From positions 1,674,001 to 1,738,000 of the forward strand of contig JBHGNT010000007.1 in NCBI GenBank assembly GCA_043228905.1: 64,000 nucleotides of DNA, read 5' to 3'. How positions within the stretch are numbered: position 1 is the first letter of the stretch; each line of letters opens with the position of its first letter. Shown here piece by piece: positions 1 through 12,858 of the stretch. Under the pieces are notes generated by a model. The model did no database searches. It saw only the letters and a program-made list of their open reading frames with translations, and had not been told where the DNA came from. This stretch comes from Azolla caroliniana (lineage: Eukaryota; Plantae; Polypodiophyta). A program made the position numbers and the translations under genes.

Positions 1-593
1 TATATGTCACCTTCTTGAGAAAGTTTTTGGTGTGTGGTGGGATGATCACATCCTTGAATCGTATGGTGTACATCATATCACATGATACAAAGACCAATGT
101 GTGTTGTCTTCTTGAGGGATTGTCTGCAGTGCTCTAGGGTGATTGCATCCTTGAATTGTATGTTGCACCTTAGATCATAGATTATTGATAATCGTGTCTT
201 AGACCAAGACAAACATAGGTTATATCACATGTGACAAAGAACATTGGATATCATTTTTTCGAGAGATTGTTTGGGGAGTATAGTGGTGATCGCACCTAGA
301 ATTGTATGCCGCACCCCATATTGCACATCCTTGGCAATTGCATGGATGACAAATTGTATTATGTGAGGATCGTAGCATTATGTTTTATGCCTCTAGTTAT
401 TGTTGTTTTACATTATGTAAGTAGTGATCAAGGTCATTCATAAATATATCTCAAAAGCAACATTCATGCATAAAGATCAACTCAAGGGGGTATGAACCAA
501 CTCAAGGAGGGATTATTGACCATGTTAAGTTCATGGGTTTCCATTCACAAACGCAATCACTTTGAACCACATGGTCACCTACATAATTAAGAG

Positions 594-800
594 GGGGTGA
601 TGACTTGACTATCACACTAAAGAGCACACCTAGAAGGTTTAGCTCATATGTGTATGCCTTATTCACACATTGAGACTCAGTGCTTGAAAGTATGAATATC
701 CCTTCTTAGGAAGGAGACACACATCAAGATAACTTTTGTACTTAGGTCCTATGGCTCAATATTGGCCTCTCTATGGATGCTAAAAAGATATATCTGTCTA
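594..800. repeat. Dispersed repeat (probably an old LTR fragment) with an inverted copy at about 61330-61509
   Basis: GGGTGATGACTTGA..TCACACTAAAGAG..CTAGAAGGTT.AGCTCATATGT.TATGCCTTATTCACACAT aligns with the reverse complement of 61375-61508. Two PPT-like tracts (CTCAAGGGGGG, CTCAAGGAGGGA) lie at 481-512. Boundaries approximate. Confidence 0.5.
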
Positions 801-2199
801 TCTATAATATGCCATATTTCCTATAGAAATTAGGCTCCCCAATTATCCATTGAGTGCGGCCAAGGGTGATAACGTTTTGCCTCTTAGGACAACACATAAA
901 TGTACATAGGTAGAATTGATAGAAGTACACACGACCTAACAAAATTTGAGATGCATACCATTAAATGTAGACACTAGAACACCACAATTCACGTGTTTTA
1001 CAAAGAACAATGTACTTCGTCTTCTTGAGAAATTGTTTGCAGTATGTTGGGCGATCACATTGTTAATTTGTATGTTGTAGCTCTTAGTACATGTCCTTTG
1101 ATAATCATGTCTAATACAAAGGCAACTTTTTGCTTTACTTGTTATGCTCGTAACCATATGAAGCTTTACATTTTGTGTGAATGAATTATTTAATGACATG
1201 ATGACAGTAACATCATGTCACATGGTTCTATAGAGGTGTTATTCCATTCCTTTGGTCATTAATTTCTTGTTTCTCACAAATAATGGAAAGGGATTAGTTA
1301 TTGCATGAATAAAAAAGTGCATCCAATTCAAGAAATGTGCACGCACAAGTAAATAAACATTGAGCACTTGCTTATTTTTCAAATTTTGTGTGTTTTCATG
1401 AGGGCACGTCAAGAGGAAACAAGTGGCCTCAGTACATAAATATATGTTATGTATGTATACATTATGTATGAATTTGTGCATTATAACGATAATTTCATAA
1501 GTCTCAAGGGCTGCAACATACAAGACAAATGAAAATATAAAAGAAAATACATTTGAATGCCAACAATTGATGCAACATTACAAATTTGCATAATTCCTAG
1601 TCATACTTGATTATATTGTATACGATTATTTGAGAGAACCACTAATTAATGCTACTCTTGCACAAGCAAAAGTGTTTTTTGGGTCAAGGGACATTTGTCT
1701 CTCTATGATAGGTGGTTCTTCATGTCTACCAGTATTTTGAGTAGGATACATCTTTTCAAATGACCACAAATGTGCTTGTTTTGTCATCTCTAGCTAGGTA
1801 ATTAATACGATAGTGACTTGTGCAATTGTTGCACCTTAGCAATAGAACTTTTCAAGGAAAATCCCAACAAAATGAGGGTGGAAAATTCAATGCACTCAAC
1901 GAATACTCCACCATGAGCATTAAATGAGCACAATGTGTACTAACTCTTAAATTGTTGGACCGATTTCAACATTAATTCTTGTTTTTCCTATATCTAGTTG
2001 TTCAATAAATGACCGTGCAGTTTTGTTTAGTTTTTAAACCACCACGACATGTATTAAATGTACTTTATGGGGTGATTCCTTAGGTAGCTAATCAGACTTT
2101 GTGGTGACTTTATTGGGTTCAAGAACATAATCAAGTTGAATTCTGTGGTCAAGCTTGTTCATTTGGAGGTTTTGACATCTTCTATTCTAGTCACGGTAC

Positions 2200-5100
2200 A
2201 CATATGGAGTACTTATGATCATAAAACATGAGCTAAACCCAATGGTTGCCTATAATTATCAACGTGGGAGGTGGATGGTTGTGCAATGCATGATAAATGG
2301 AGAGACATATGATTTTGCTGGAATATGTGCCCCAAATGCCTAAAGGAGAAGAGCTTTACTTAGGCAAGACATTCGTGCTTATCCATGGCCACAAATGCAT
2401 TTATATGTGGAGATTGCAACAACTCTCCAAATGTAGGCGATAACATTAGTGGGCACTCGCATATCTTGAGAGAGGAATAAGGTCAATGGTATAATATGCA
2501 AAGATCACTAGATTAGGCTAGGTTTATCTTTCATCACACCACCCACTCCTCATAGTATGCAAGGCTTGATAGATGGTATTTGTTGCATGCTAGACAATAT
2601 GACAATTTCACATGTGCAATGCATATAGATCATGCTTTGGAGTTTTCAGATCATGCGCATGTCTAGCTAGACCTTTATTTTAGGAATCATTCCTATGAAG
2701 TGCATCTCTAGAAGAAGAGACTTATGCTCATTAACAATAGTTACCTCAAGCACAAGCTCTTCAAGGGGATGCTCTATGACATAATACCTCCTCTTCGTGT
2801 AGAAGTCAACATAGATGTTGACACAACGTGGGTACATTTTCTACATATATTACAAACAATAATATACGAGTATGGGAAGTGGTATGTCTCAAGACAGAGG
2901 AATGCACTCAACAAGCCAAATCTACTTGCCAAGCCCTAACGGAGTTAACACATAGAAGATCTTTGACCTTACCAGAAGAGGAATCTACATTGTGTATGAA
3001 CAAACACGCATTGATGCTACATGACAAAAATGAATTGGAAAAATGGCAAGTTAGATCAAGACTATTGCCATTGAAAGACAAAGAATGCATATAATACATC
3101 AAAAGGTTGCATCTAATACACCAAAAGGAATCCAATGATTAAATTTATCAAAATGGGCAATGGTTCATGGACTACGAACTTACTTGAACTAGCCAAGGAA
3201 TGTGTAACTCACTTCTCGCACATCTTTGAGAACAATGTCCTTGTTATAAATGTAGTTATACAAATCGGAGATACATTATTGTCACTTGTTCACAGACCAC
3301 TATTTGTGGTGATAGAGCTATTACATTGGATGCAACATTCACAATGAAGGAGCTTTTGGAAGCTCGAAAGGGTCACAGAAAAGGAAAACACCTGGTTGGC
3401 CTAGTATTATGCTAGGATCTAATCCTATCTATGGCAAATAAAACTTGTCAATAGTGGGATAATATCATATACCTATATCATGGAAAGAAGGTTTGGTCAA
3501 ATTAATACCCAAAAAGAAATTGTGTGAATATTTTTCGAATTGGTGACTAATCACTCTCATGCCAATTATCTATAAACTTATTACAAAGATAATTGTTAAT
3601 TGTATTAAGGACACTTGTTGGGAGGCATATACATAAACCAATACGGGTTCATTCCACGAAGACAAATTATAGATTATATTGCTAATGCCTCTATTGGAAT
3701 GGAGTATGCAAAATACACCAAACAAGATGTATTAATCATGCAGATTGACATTGAAAAGGCATTTGACACAATCCAATGGGATTTTGTGGAAGCCACAACG
3801 GTCAAACTAGGATTTGGCCCGAAAATGTCTCAAGTAATCTACTAGCTTTATAGGTCTAGCACATCTTCATGTATTATTGATGGTGAATTGACATATTCAT
3901 GGTACTTAGCCAAATTAGTATGACAAGGTTGTCCTGTAAGTGCATTTTTGTGTGCAATTGCAACTAATCCACAATTTTTGTACATGGATAATCTAATATC
4001 AATCGGTCAACTTCACATTTTGAAAATGAAAGGAGGTCATGATTTTGTGGCTTAGACATATGCGAATGATACATTATTCATGTCACAAAACAATCCACAT
4101 GATATGAGAGTGATTATGGATGCCCTCAAATTATATGGATTAGTTGTTGGGTTGCATGTTAACTTCAACAAGTCCAAACTCCTACCCAGGCTAAATGAAA
4201 TGGGATGGAATGCAACAGGGAAAGGAATGGTTTAATGGGTTCTACAAAAAGTGAGACAAAAGCTAAGCTATTGGAAGATTGCAATATGGCTGCTCCATGT
4301 CAAATTGAGGATAGTGCAATCTAAATTTATGTCTTACATGTAGTATTACTTAATTATGATTGATTGGCCGAAACACATTATACAAAAGATTAACTCAGAA
4401 ATCTTAAGAAACTTTTGGTGCTCTAAGCAATCACAGAAAGGTGTATGACTCTTATCACAAGAGAAGATATGCACTCCACGACTGTATGGAAGAGTAAAAA
4501 TTCTTAATTTGCACTTGCATATGTTGGCTAGGAAAATGACTTTACTGCCAAAATTTGTTGAACAAACATTGCCTTGGGCAAGAATGCTATCAGGTATGTT
4601 TGATAATTTGAAAACCAAGTCATTTGGCTCATGGGATACTAACAATTGGGATTTAGTGTTTGGAAGGCTTGACAAGCACATCAAAGGATGTCCATTTAGC
4701 TCAAATCTTCTAAAGCACAAGAAGGAAGTATTGCACCACATAAAATGGAGAGGCGGGAATTCAAAATCAGGGAACTCTCTACGCCTCAAAAGTTTACATT
4801 GGAGTGCTATATTCCCACCATCACTAGCTGAACAAGAGCCTAGAAAAGCTTATTTCAAAAAGGTGTTACAAAAAGGCAAAATTGTTATTCCAATGGATAA
4901 GATTACAGCATATTGTGTGTATAGGTTGTTGCAACCTACCCCATGGTTTCAAAACATTCAAATGCATTGTGGCACCTACAAAAGCACAATCTTGGTGGGA
5001 AATAGGCTTACAGACTTATGGAGCTCTTGTCTTTCCCTTAAACAATAGGTATTCCTATGGAGATGCTCCCCAATTGCGTTGAATCTTCAAACGTGATCGA

Positions 5101-5300
5101 TAGCTTCGCCGCATTGTGCACAATGTGTTGGACGATTGGAAACAGTCCCACACGTATTACAGACTTGCTCATTCACTTGATTAAGTGCATCTCTTTCTCA
5201 CAGATTTCCTGGCCAAAGGTTTGGGAAGTATTCTTGGCTATTTGGACAAATTCTGTGCGCCCTATCCAACAATAGCCCTATTTTCTCTTATGGACAAGAT
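2200..5300 (+). pseudogene. Decayed L1-type LINE ORF2 (APE endonuclease, RT, zf-RVT)
   Basis: Broken-frame motifs in L1 order: GICAPN/GDCNN and RLDRWYL..SDH (endonuclease), QYGFIP..DIEKAFDTIQWDF, QGCP, YAND (RT), CAQC..ETVPHVLQTC (zf-RVT). Many stops and frameshifts; ends approximate. Confidence 0.75.
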
Positions 5301-5509
5301 TTTGGGCAATGGTGTGAAAATCACAAAAGACGTACGAAATCAAGTGTCAATAATATAAAACAATAATAGTGAATATACTAATTCTAAGTAAGTTTAATAT
5401 CTTAGTACAAAAGACGAAGATCTTGAAGAAATGCACTTTACTACATAAGAAACGTACATCTAAGTGTCAACTTATGTGGGTAAGAAGTTGCGAAAGAAAA
5501 AGAGAAAAT

Positions 5510-6302
5510 TGTGAGGTATCCCACATAGACAAGATGAATAAGGCTCTCACCATATATAAGGTGGAGCATAGAGAGTTCAAGGTAACTTGAACTAAGAGTG
5601 GTGGTGGCCTAGCCACTCGTAAAGGTTTTGGCCAACCAAAACCGGACCGACGATGGAGCTGGCAAAGTGACAGTGGCACACCGACAACCGGTGATTCGGC
5701 GGAACCGACATTCGACGGCGCACCGGCATCCGACAACATTTGGCGCCGGCGAACTAGCGTCATCCGACATCCGGCGATCGGATAGATATATAAATAAATG
5801 AATAAATATATGTATAAACATATATATATACACAAGGAGTGCAAGTGTGGATTTGAACCTTGCACCTCCAAGTTGAGAGTCTATAGGACTACCATTAAGC
5901 CAAGACAGAGCTAAAATGAGTGACATGGTTATCATGCACTACATGTAATACATGGGCGCCAAATGGCAAACATGCATTTTATGCATGTCCTCAACCCTCA
6001 AATGCATGAGGGCATCTATAAAAGAGGGGATTCTTATAAAAAAGGGGGGCTCTTTTGGTTATGAAATTAAGAAGAAGAAAATTCGTTATCGAATTGATCG
6101 TGTAACTTATTCTTAAATCTAAAGATAAAAGTTCAATCAATCTCTCTCAATTGAAAGTCAAGTGTTTAATCTCAACTTCTCTCTTTCCCAATCTATCTTA
6201 AATACTTCCTCACTAAAGCTTGTACCGACTTCGAATCCTTCTGGTCCAGAACCCCGGCAGTTCCGCCTCACGATCCGCGCCTAGTGACGGATCTTCACGA
6301 CA
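5510..6302 (+). mobile_element. Isolated Ty3/gypsy LTR related to the LTRs at 10406-11225 and 36260-36987
   Basis: 5940-6030 (CATGTAAT..CGCCAAA..CTATAAAAGAGGGG) matches the reverse complement of 10830-10937. The 3' end ...CACGACA resembles the reverse complement of 36260-36320. The 5' boundary is uncertain and no TSD was found. Confidence 0.6.
5841..5911 (-). promoter_or_regulatory. tRNA-like Pol III A-box/B-box module inside LTR U3
   Basis: Minus strand: A-box TGGCTTAATGG (5902-5892) and B-box GGTTCAAATCC (5859-5849), starts 43 nt apart. D-arm-like GGCT-TAATGGT-AGTC. No complete cloverleaf. Confidence 0.65.
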
Positions 6303-8061
6303 CCGCAATAGTAACTTAGGTCTTTGATCAAAACCAATTGCATGAAGTTAGTTTCTTTAAGCAATTCCTCATGCAATCTCTATTTGATCTTCTACAACTT
6401 AAAGACATCACATTGCAAATTTACACTCTTTACTTTAATCGCTTCTAACCCCTTTAGTGTTTAATCGACACTTGTATACTTCTTTTTATTCTTTGTAGGT
6501 TTTCATTTGACTTTGACATTTCCCACTAGTAACAAAAGTATTACTAAAAAAAGGCTCTATTGTGTTATTGCATCGAACTAATAAAGCATAGCAAGGTCAA
6601 CCCCTATGTACGAGTGTGCTCAAGTGGAAAGGAATAGAAATTCAATGCACACTATAAATTCTACCCTAAGTACTAGACAACAACCACATCCAACATACCA
6701 TTATCTACAAAAGGTCACTAGTGATATAAGTGTACAAGGCTACCACAACATTACAAGACAAAACAAAGGGAGATACTAATTTGATGGAGTTGGTGCACTC
6801 ATTAGGCAACCTACCATGGGTATTATTTAGCATATGGACACAAATTATGTTCAAATTTGATAGGTGTGAAATGACATGTTAACACGTTGTGTCAATTATG
6901 TTTTCATTACACATGCAACTCGTAGAAAAAATTGCTTATCACTTTTAGGATTCATTGCGTGTACATGCATGCTTAGAACACATTAGAATATGCAACACTT
7001 GTAACATTTTATTATTGCATTGACAACATAAAATGGGATGTCGAGTTGACAGAAATTTCTGAGACAATGTGACAATTAGATATTTCCAATGGTAGGAAAG
7101 GAATATACGAATCTCTTTTTTGTATTTGCTTCATATTCTTTTATGCTTCTTGCATTTTGGACAAGCATTGTTACTACACATATTGTCTAATGTTTGTTGA
7201 TTGGTGCCAATAGAAATATAAGAAGCCTCTTTGAATTTGGTCATTGTTCAAGCATGCCCGAATGAAAGTTGAAAATATTTCAAATCTTTAATATATCCCT
7301 ATTTACTTTTTGGAAACAAAATGCATAACATACATTAAATGGTGCAAACACGTTATAAAATACAAAATACGCCAAAGGTTCTTGATGCATCGACTTAGTC
7401 ATGCAAAAGTGAAATTATGACATGGTAGTTCTTGCTTTGTTTTTTAATTTAAAATTCATGATATTTGTTTTGTCATTCAAGTTAACATATGAATTCAATA
7501 CCATTTGATACAACGCACATCTATCCAATCCATGCATCCAATTAACTAGCATTTTCCATATTTAATCTTACATGCACACATAAATTCAAATGTTTAATAG
7601 ATATAGTCTATATTTATCAAATGAGGAAAGAAAACAACAGAAGCCATTCATAGCAAGCTTTGATGATGGGATTATTGACAATATTGAAATTCATAGCAAG
7701 TTTTGAAGATTGCATTATTTGCAATGCACTTCTACTTCATATCAATTTACTAGCGAGCTTTGGCCATGGTTATTATTAGCAAATATATTGTGAGAATCAA
7801 CAATATAAGCAAAAAGAAGTTTGTCTTAATTTGAACCAAGAACCACTTTGTTACAAATCCTCAATTATTATTATTTTATTTTATTTACCAAAAAAGAATA
7901 TACTCCTTTAGTTAAAATATACACAAACTCGATCCCTTTCTCGGGTAGGCCGAGCCAAGACTATCCTATCCTACAAAGAGATCTCACTTATTTATCTTAC
8001 ACTTTCACATATGGCTCTAGCCATCCTTTCATGCACATCACCTGTCTTTCACGCCCCTCGA

Positions 8062-10405
8062 TCATCTAATGGGAGGGGGGAACAACCATTTGGGTACTTC
8101 ATACTTCCATAGTATATCCATTCCATTTGCTGCGGCCATCGGTGTAGTACACCATCGCTTTCGAAAATTTAGCCTCATTAGTTCTGCAACATCATTAGTA
8201 CCATCAATCCGCTCATATTGAGCTCTTAGTGTAGTTATTAGTCTGTGCCAGATAGCTTAATCGATTTAGTTGGGGGGCGTTTGTGTGCTAAAACACCCTG
8301 GTACACCTTGTTGTCCATATATACCATATAGTAATGGGGGCAAGCAACATCCAAAGATCTCCAAGTTTTTGATTCTGTGCACAAGTTGTAGGTACCCTGT
8401 TGTCAATGATCAGCCACACAATGCCATTCTCCCCTTTGTACTTAGAATCGCATGTGCTATTGTATTTCACCACATCATCCTCAAGACAAATCTAGCAAGC
8501 ATGTCCCCAATTGAGGGTGAACGAACTAGAGGCATGGCAAAGCAAACGTAGTGCACTTACCCATACAGCCACTGCGTCGCGACATTCCCATAGACAATGG
8601 GAAATGCTTTCTATCTATCCACAGGCAGTACATCTAGGGTCTACATTGGGGCCTTTACCCCACGTCCCTACCGGAAAGGCTCTATGTGCAATAAGCCATA
8701 AACACATCATTATCTTGCGGTCATATCCGTCATGCCATATCATTTTCTAGAATTTATCTAGTCTCATTTCACTAATGCCCTCTTGTTTCCAAAATTTCCT
8801 TGGTGCAATCTTGTTGTGTGCTTGTTATAGAGTAATTTGCCTCCCAATCTTCGTGTTATACTTGGAAAATTGAACCAGCTTTTCCCCATCAGTTCGTCCT
8901 TGAGTTCTCTAACAATACATCGTTGAGTCCCATGATACTGATCCAAATGCCCTAGTATAGGCCAACACATTGTCGCCGGTGTGATCTCCGTTGGCTTAGG
9001 GTCAATAATCATATTCTTGCCATTTTTTGCGATCAGCCTAATCGGCCTTTCTCTTTGAAAGGCTGGTTGCTCAACTCTTACCATTCTGTGCTCTAGTTTG
9101 TAGTAGAATACCTCATTTGATTCTACTTTCATTCCCTTAATGCCAATTAAACAGCTCTCACCATCTATAAGTTCTCTCCACGCAATTTCAGAGGTTGTTA
9201 CTTCTTCCTCTTCCACGGTGTTCCTGTAGCATGCAATGGCATCTGTAATTCTCTTGAGCATGCCTTTACCCCTGCTTATTCTCCATATTCTAGCCTTTTG
9301 TGTGCCCACCTCATTGGACAAAAACCTCTCCCACTCCACTAAGGCATTCCCTTGGACATTGATTAACTCAGCCCATTTGAAACCTACTTTTTGGCCTATC
9401 ATCAGTCCATCCATATCTCTAATCAATGGGTTCCATACAATTGGCATGTACATCTGCGCATATGCATCATTTCTCCACCTACATGTGATCCCCTTTTTGA
9501 TTTATTGCCATGCTTTCATAATTCCAATAGTAGAACGACTCGGCATACTTCCCCAATATTTGGGTTTCATTTCTAGCACAAAACCCCAAAATGGGCTGCT
9601 TGGCCAATGTCCACCTTGTCTCGGCAACCACATCTTCCATCTACGTTGCCATAGAACTTTCCAAGGTGCCTCAGGAGGTTGTAGGCTCTTGACCACTACT
9701 TTGCCTAGCAAGGCCTTCGTTTGCACCACAGGATCTATCAATCCCACCCCCCCCTTCACTTTTACTTTTTATAAGCATGGTCCAAGAAACCTTTGTATAG
9801 GCTTGTTTTTCCTCTATGCCCCCCCATAAGAAATTTCTGATAATCCTTTTTATCAATTTCATTGACTTGGGCACGATTATCTAGGATGCAACAGTATGCC
9901 AAATAGTGGCCATTAGAATTTGATTGCAATCACAATCTTGCCCGCAAAGGATAGTTTTCTTGCATTCTACCATATTCACTTCGCTTTTATTTTGTCCACT
10001 AGTAGATTGTAATGTTCTGCTCGATCGATGTCCATACCAATTTTGAAGCCCAATTATCTAATAGCTTCTCCTTTCCTCAACCATCTAAAATTGGGGTCGG
10101 GGACCCAATTTAACATGGGCATATTAGTGATCCAAATGCCCACATATTTATTCCAATTTATTTTAGCATCCTATCCCCTACAAAACTCATCAATTGCATT
10201 TTGCAATCTGCCCAAGTTGTGTGCATCACCTTTGACATAGTTCATTGTGTCATCAACATATGCTGTATCAAGCACCATACCTTCATCATTGGGCAAGGTA
10301 AGGCCTTGTATTTGCTAAGATCTATCAACAATTTGATAATGCAAAGCATCTGCTGCAATGATGTATAAGTATGGGGCCAATGCGCATCCTTGGCGTACCG
10401 AACGT
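8062..10405 (-). pseudogene. LINE ORF2, 3' part (RT C-terminal half, zf-RVT, C-terminus), disrupted
   Basis: RSVRQGCALAPYLY at the junction, KVSW..KSEGGG, zf-RVT remnants, and a C-terminus WKYEVPKWLFPPPIR* (stop 8062-8064). Several stops and frameshifts. Confidence 0.85.
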
Positions 10406-10721
10406 TGTCAGGGTAGTTGTGGTTCGTGCGGCGAAGTCATAGGGACTAAGGTTAAGGGGAGTTGAAGGAACTTTTATAAGGCTTGCGCACAAATGTTAGG
10501 AAGATTAAGGATAAAAAGAATAAGAGTTTAAAGTAATGTGTGTGAGAGAGAGACGAGTATAGATAAAAGATAGAGACAATGTATGATTCAAGAAGCAAGA
10601 TAGAGACAAAGTATGATTTAAGAAAAAACGTATATGATATGAACATTATGTATATTACGAATACAAGATTTTACCAACTTTACAATGCTTGATAGCAAGA
10701 TGATCCCTTTCTCTACCGACT

Positions 10722-10783
10722 CTTGATTTGAACCCTTGACTCCAACTTGGAAACACGAGTCTCTTCACCAACAAGCTAACATG
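10722..10783 (-). promoter_or_regulatory. tRNA-like A-box/B-box module in the LTR (sense, downstream of the TATA box)
   Basis: Minus strand: TAGCTTGTTGG (10778-10768) and GGTTCAAATC (10734-10725), starts 44 nt apart. Confidence 0.55.
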
Positions 10784-11019
10784 TTTGTTTCTTTTATCTT
10801 ATTTCTCTAACTTTCTCTTCTTGATTGATTCCCCTCTTTTTATAGGTGCCCCAATGCATAAAATGCATGTGAGGGTAAAGACATGCATGCAATGCATGTG
10901 ATGCATGATCGCCATTTTGGCGTTCATGCATTACATGTGATGCATGATAGACATCTCGCTCATTTGAGCTTCCATGTATGAAAATAGCCATGGGATAAGT
11001 ATAATGATGGACTAAAGTA

Positions 11020-11085
11020 ACTAACCTAGCTAAGTGGTGTATACCTTGTGCTTGGTATACAAGGTTGAGGGTTCAAGTCTCTCAA
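11020..11085 (+). promoter_or_regulatory. tRNA-like A-box/B-box module in LTR U3 (antisense to the element)
   Basis: TAGCTAAGTGG (11027-11037) and GGTTCAAGTCT (11070-11080), starts 43 nt apart. T-arm-like stem GAGGG-TTCAAGT-CTCTC. Confidence 0.65.
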
Positions 11086-11387
11086 TTTTACTCAATACAA
11101 TACTTAGCTTCATTCTTATATCATGAAGCATTTCATATATATGGGTGTGGGTTCAAGTTTTTCAAATATTATTAAATACAATATTTAAGTTCATTTTTAT
11201 ATCGTGAAGCACATTCTTCACAACACCCACCCCCTCTGAACTTGCACATTGGTTGTGCAAAGTTCATCCAACACTCCTGATTCTTTTAGTTCTTCTACTT
11301 CTTCATAAAATTCGGGCTCTAGTGACTCCCTCCTTTTAAATATTTTAATCCTTTTTCCTGCAATTGGGATACGAATTTCTATCCCAT

Positions 11388-12323
11388 CTAATTCATTGAG
11401 GAAATATACGGAGGTCCAAACCACCTTTTTGCGAACTTCCGTATAGTATTGTATTGATTATCTAGGCTACAATCATATACTAATACCCAGTCTCCTTCTT
11501 GCACCTTTCTTGGTTGTATTCTTTTTATCTTGTCAAATCTGTCCTTATTCTTGATTCTTGCCTCTTTCAATCTAGTAGCTACTTTTTCTATGTCTTCTGT
11601 CCGTGAATGAAGTTGTCGTACCCGAATCGCACGTAAATCTTCCCTACTCATTTCTGATTCCCAAGGCAACACAACCCATGTAGTTATCTTTTCTTCAATT
11701 GGCATTATCGGCTTCTGCCCTGTGATTAATTCTGCAAGCATATATCCAGTAACAGTGCTATGAGTTGTCCTATCAGCCCATAGTGCATAGGGTAAGACTT
11801 TTGGCCAATCAATGACCCGTCCTTTACATACGTTTGCTAAAGATTTGACTATTGGCCCATGTCCCCTTTCAATCTTTCCATTAGCTTCCGGATTATATGT
11901 CGTTGTCAAAGATAGCCGAATCCCTATTTTGTTGAAAAAATCTTGAGCTTCTGCAGAATTGAGCTGTCCCCTATCTGTTACTATCTTCCCGATACATCCA
12001 TATCTACAAACAGTGTCCTCCAAGATGAATTGACATACTCCTAATGTCCCTTTTGTTCGCAATGCACGTCCTTCCACTTGATTTGTTAGATCTTCTCTTG
12101 CAAGAACCATGTATCTCTTTTGTCCTACTCCAAGTGGCATTGTTACCAAATCTATCATCCACTTGTAATGCACCCCCGGTGAGTATGTTGGGTGTAATTC
12201 ATCACAAAATTTTACATTTGAATAATATTGACAAGTGGGACAAGTTTCCACATACTTTTTTATTTGCTCATAATATCGAGGCCACCAAAACCATTCTTTA
12301 ATCTTACTGAAAGTGGCCCACAC
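11388..12323 (-). pseudogene. Gypsy integrase (zinc-binding region, rve core, GP motif), frameshifted at the 3' end
   Basis: WWP..YVETCPTCQ, IDLVTMP..LAREDLTNQVEGRAL, VTDRG, YNPEANGKIERGH, RWFGP. Confidence 0.85.
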
Positions 12324-12424
12324 TCCTCGATCACCAGCCCATTCTTTGTCATACAGCTCTCCGATTATCTCCTTTCTTTGCCCTTCAGAATCTATTACTC
12401 TTTGCGGGTTTCCAGTCTTGGTTT

Positions 12425-12847
12425 TGTCAGGAATAGTACTAAAACAGAGATGGAATTAGTACTAAGAAGAGTAGTACTATTAGTACTAAGAGGACGGGAT
12501 TGCGTAAGATTCCCGAGAGAGAGAAAGTGAGAAGAGGAGAGAGAGAGGGAAATAAGATGATGACAGCAGCTCTTATATTATATGAAAGATAAGTACAAAT
12601 CGACTAAGAGGCTTAAGACTGGTGTTGAACCAATTTGGTTCAACATAATGCCTAGTGCCCTCTTTTATAGTGTTTTCAGGAGTAATCCTGAAGCTTCTAG
12701 AATGTTCCAGAGAAATCTGGAATATACACTAATTTCCTATAATAAAATGTAAATGAAAATAATATCCTACGTATTACAATACATGATCTAATGGTAAGAG
12801 CTCGACCCATGTAGCATAAAGTCATGGGTTCGAGTCTTGCCATGACA
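12425..12847 (-). repeat. 3' LTR of the chromovirus
   Basis: Direct repeat of 17655-18077, next to the PPT. Confidence 0.95.
12782..12845 (+). promoter_or_regulatory. tRNA-like A-box/B-box module at the U3 tip of the chromovirus LTR (second copy at 18012-18075)
   Basis: TGATCTAATGG (12784-12794) followed by TAAGAGC, and GGTTCGAGTC (12827-12836), starts 43 nt apart. Confidence 0.65.
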
Positions 12848-12858
12848 CTATCTCCTCC

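Larger units (their letters stand above)
10406..11225 (-). repeat. 3' LTR (820 bp) of the Trp-primed gypsy element
   Basis: First ~190 bp are repeated at 19276-19468. Flanked by the PPT. TATA-like CTATAAAAAG on the minus strand at about 10836-10845. Confidence 0.85.
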
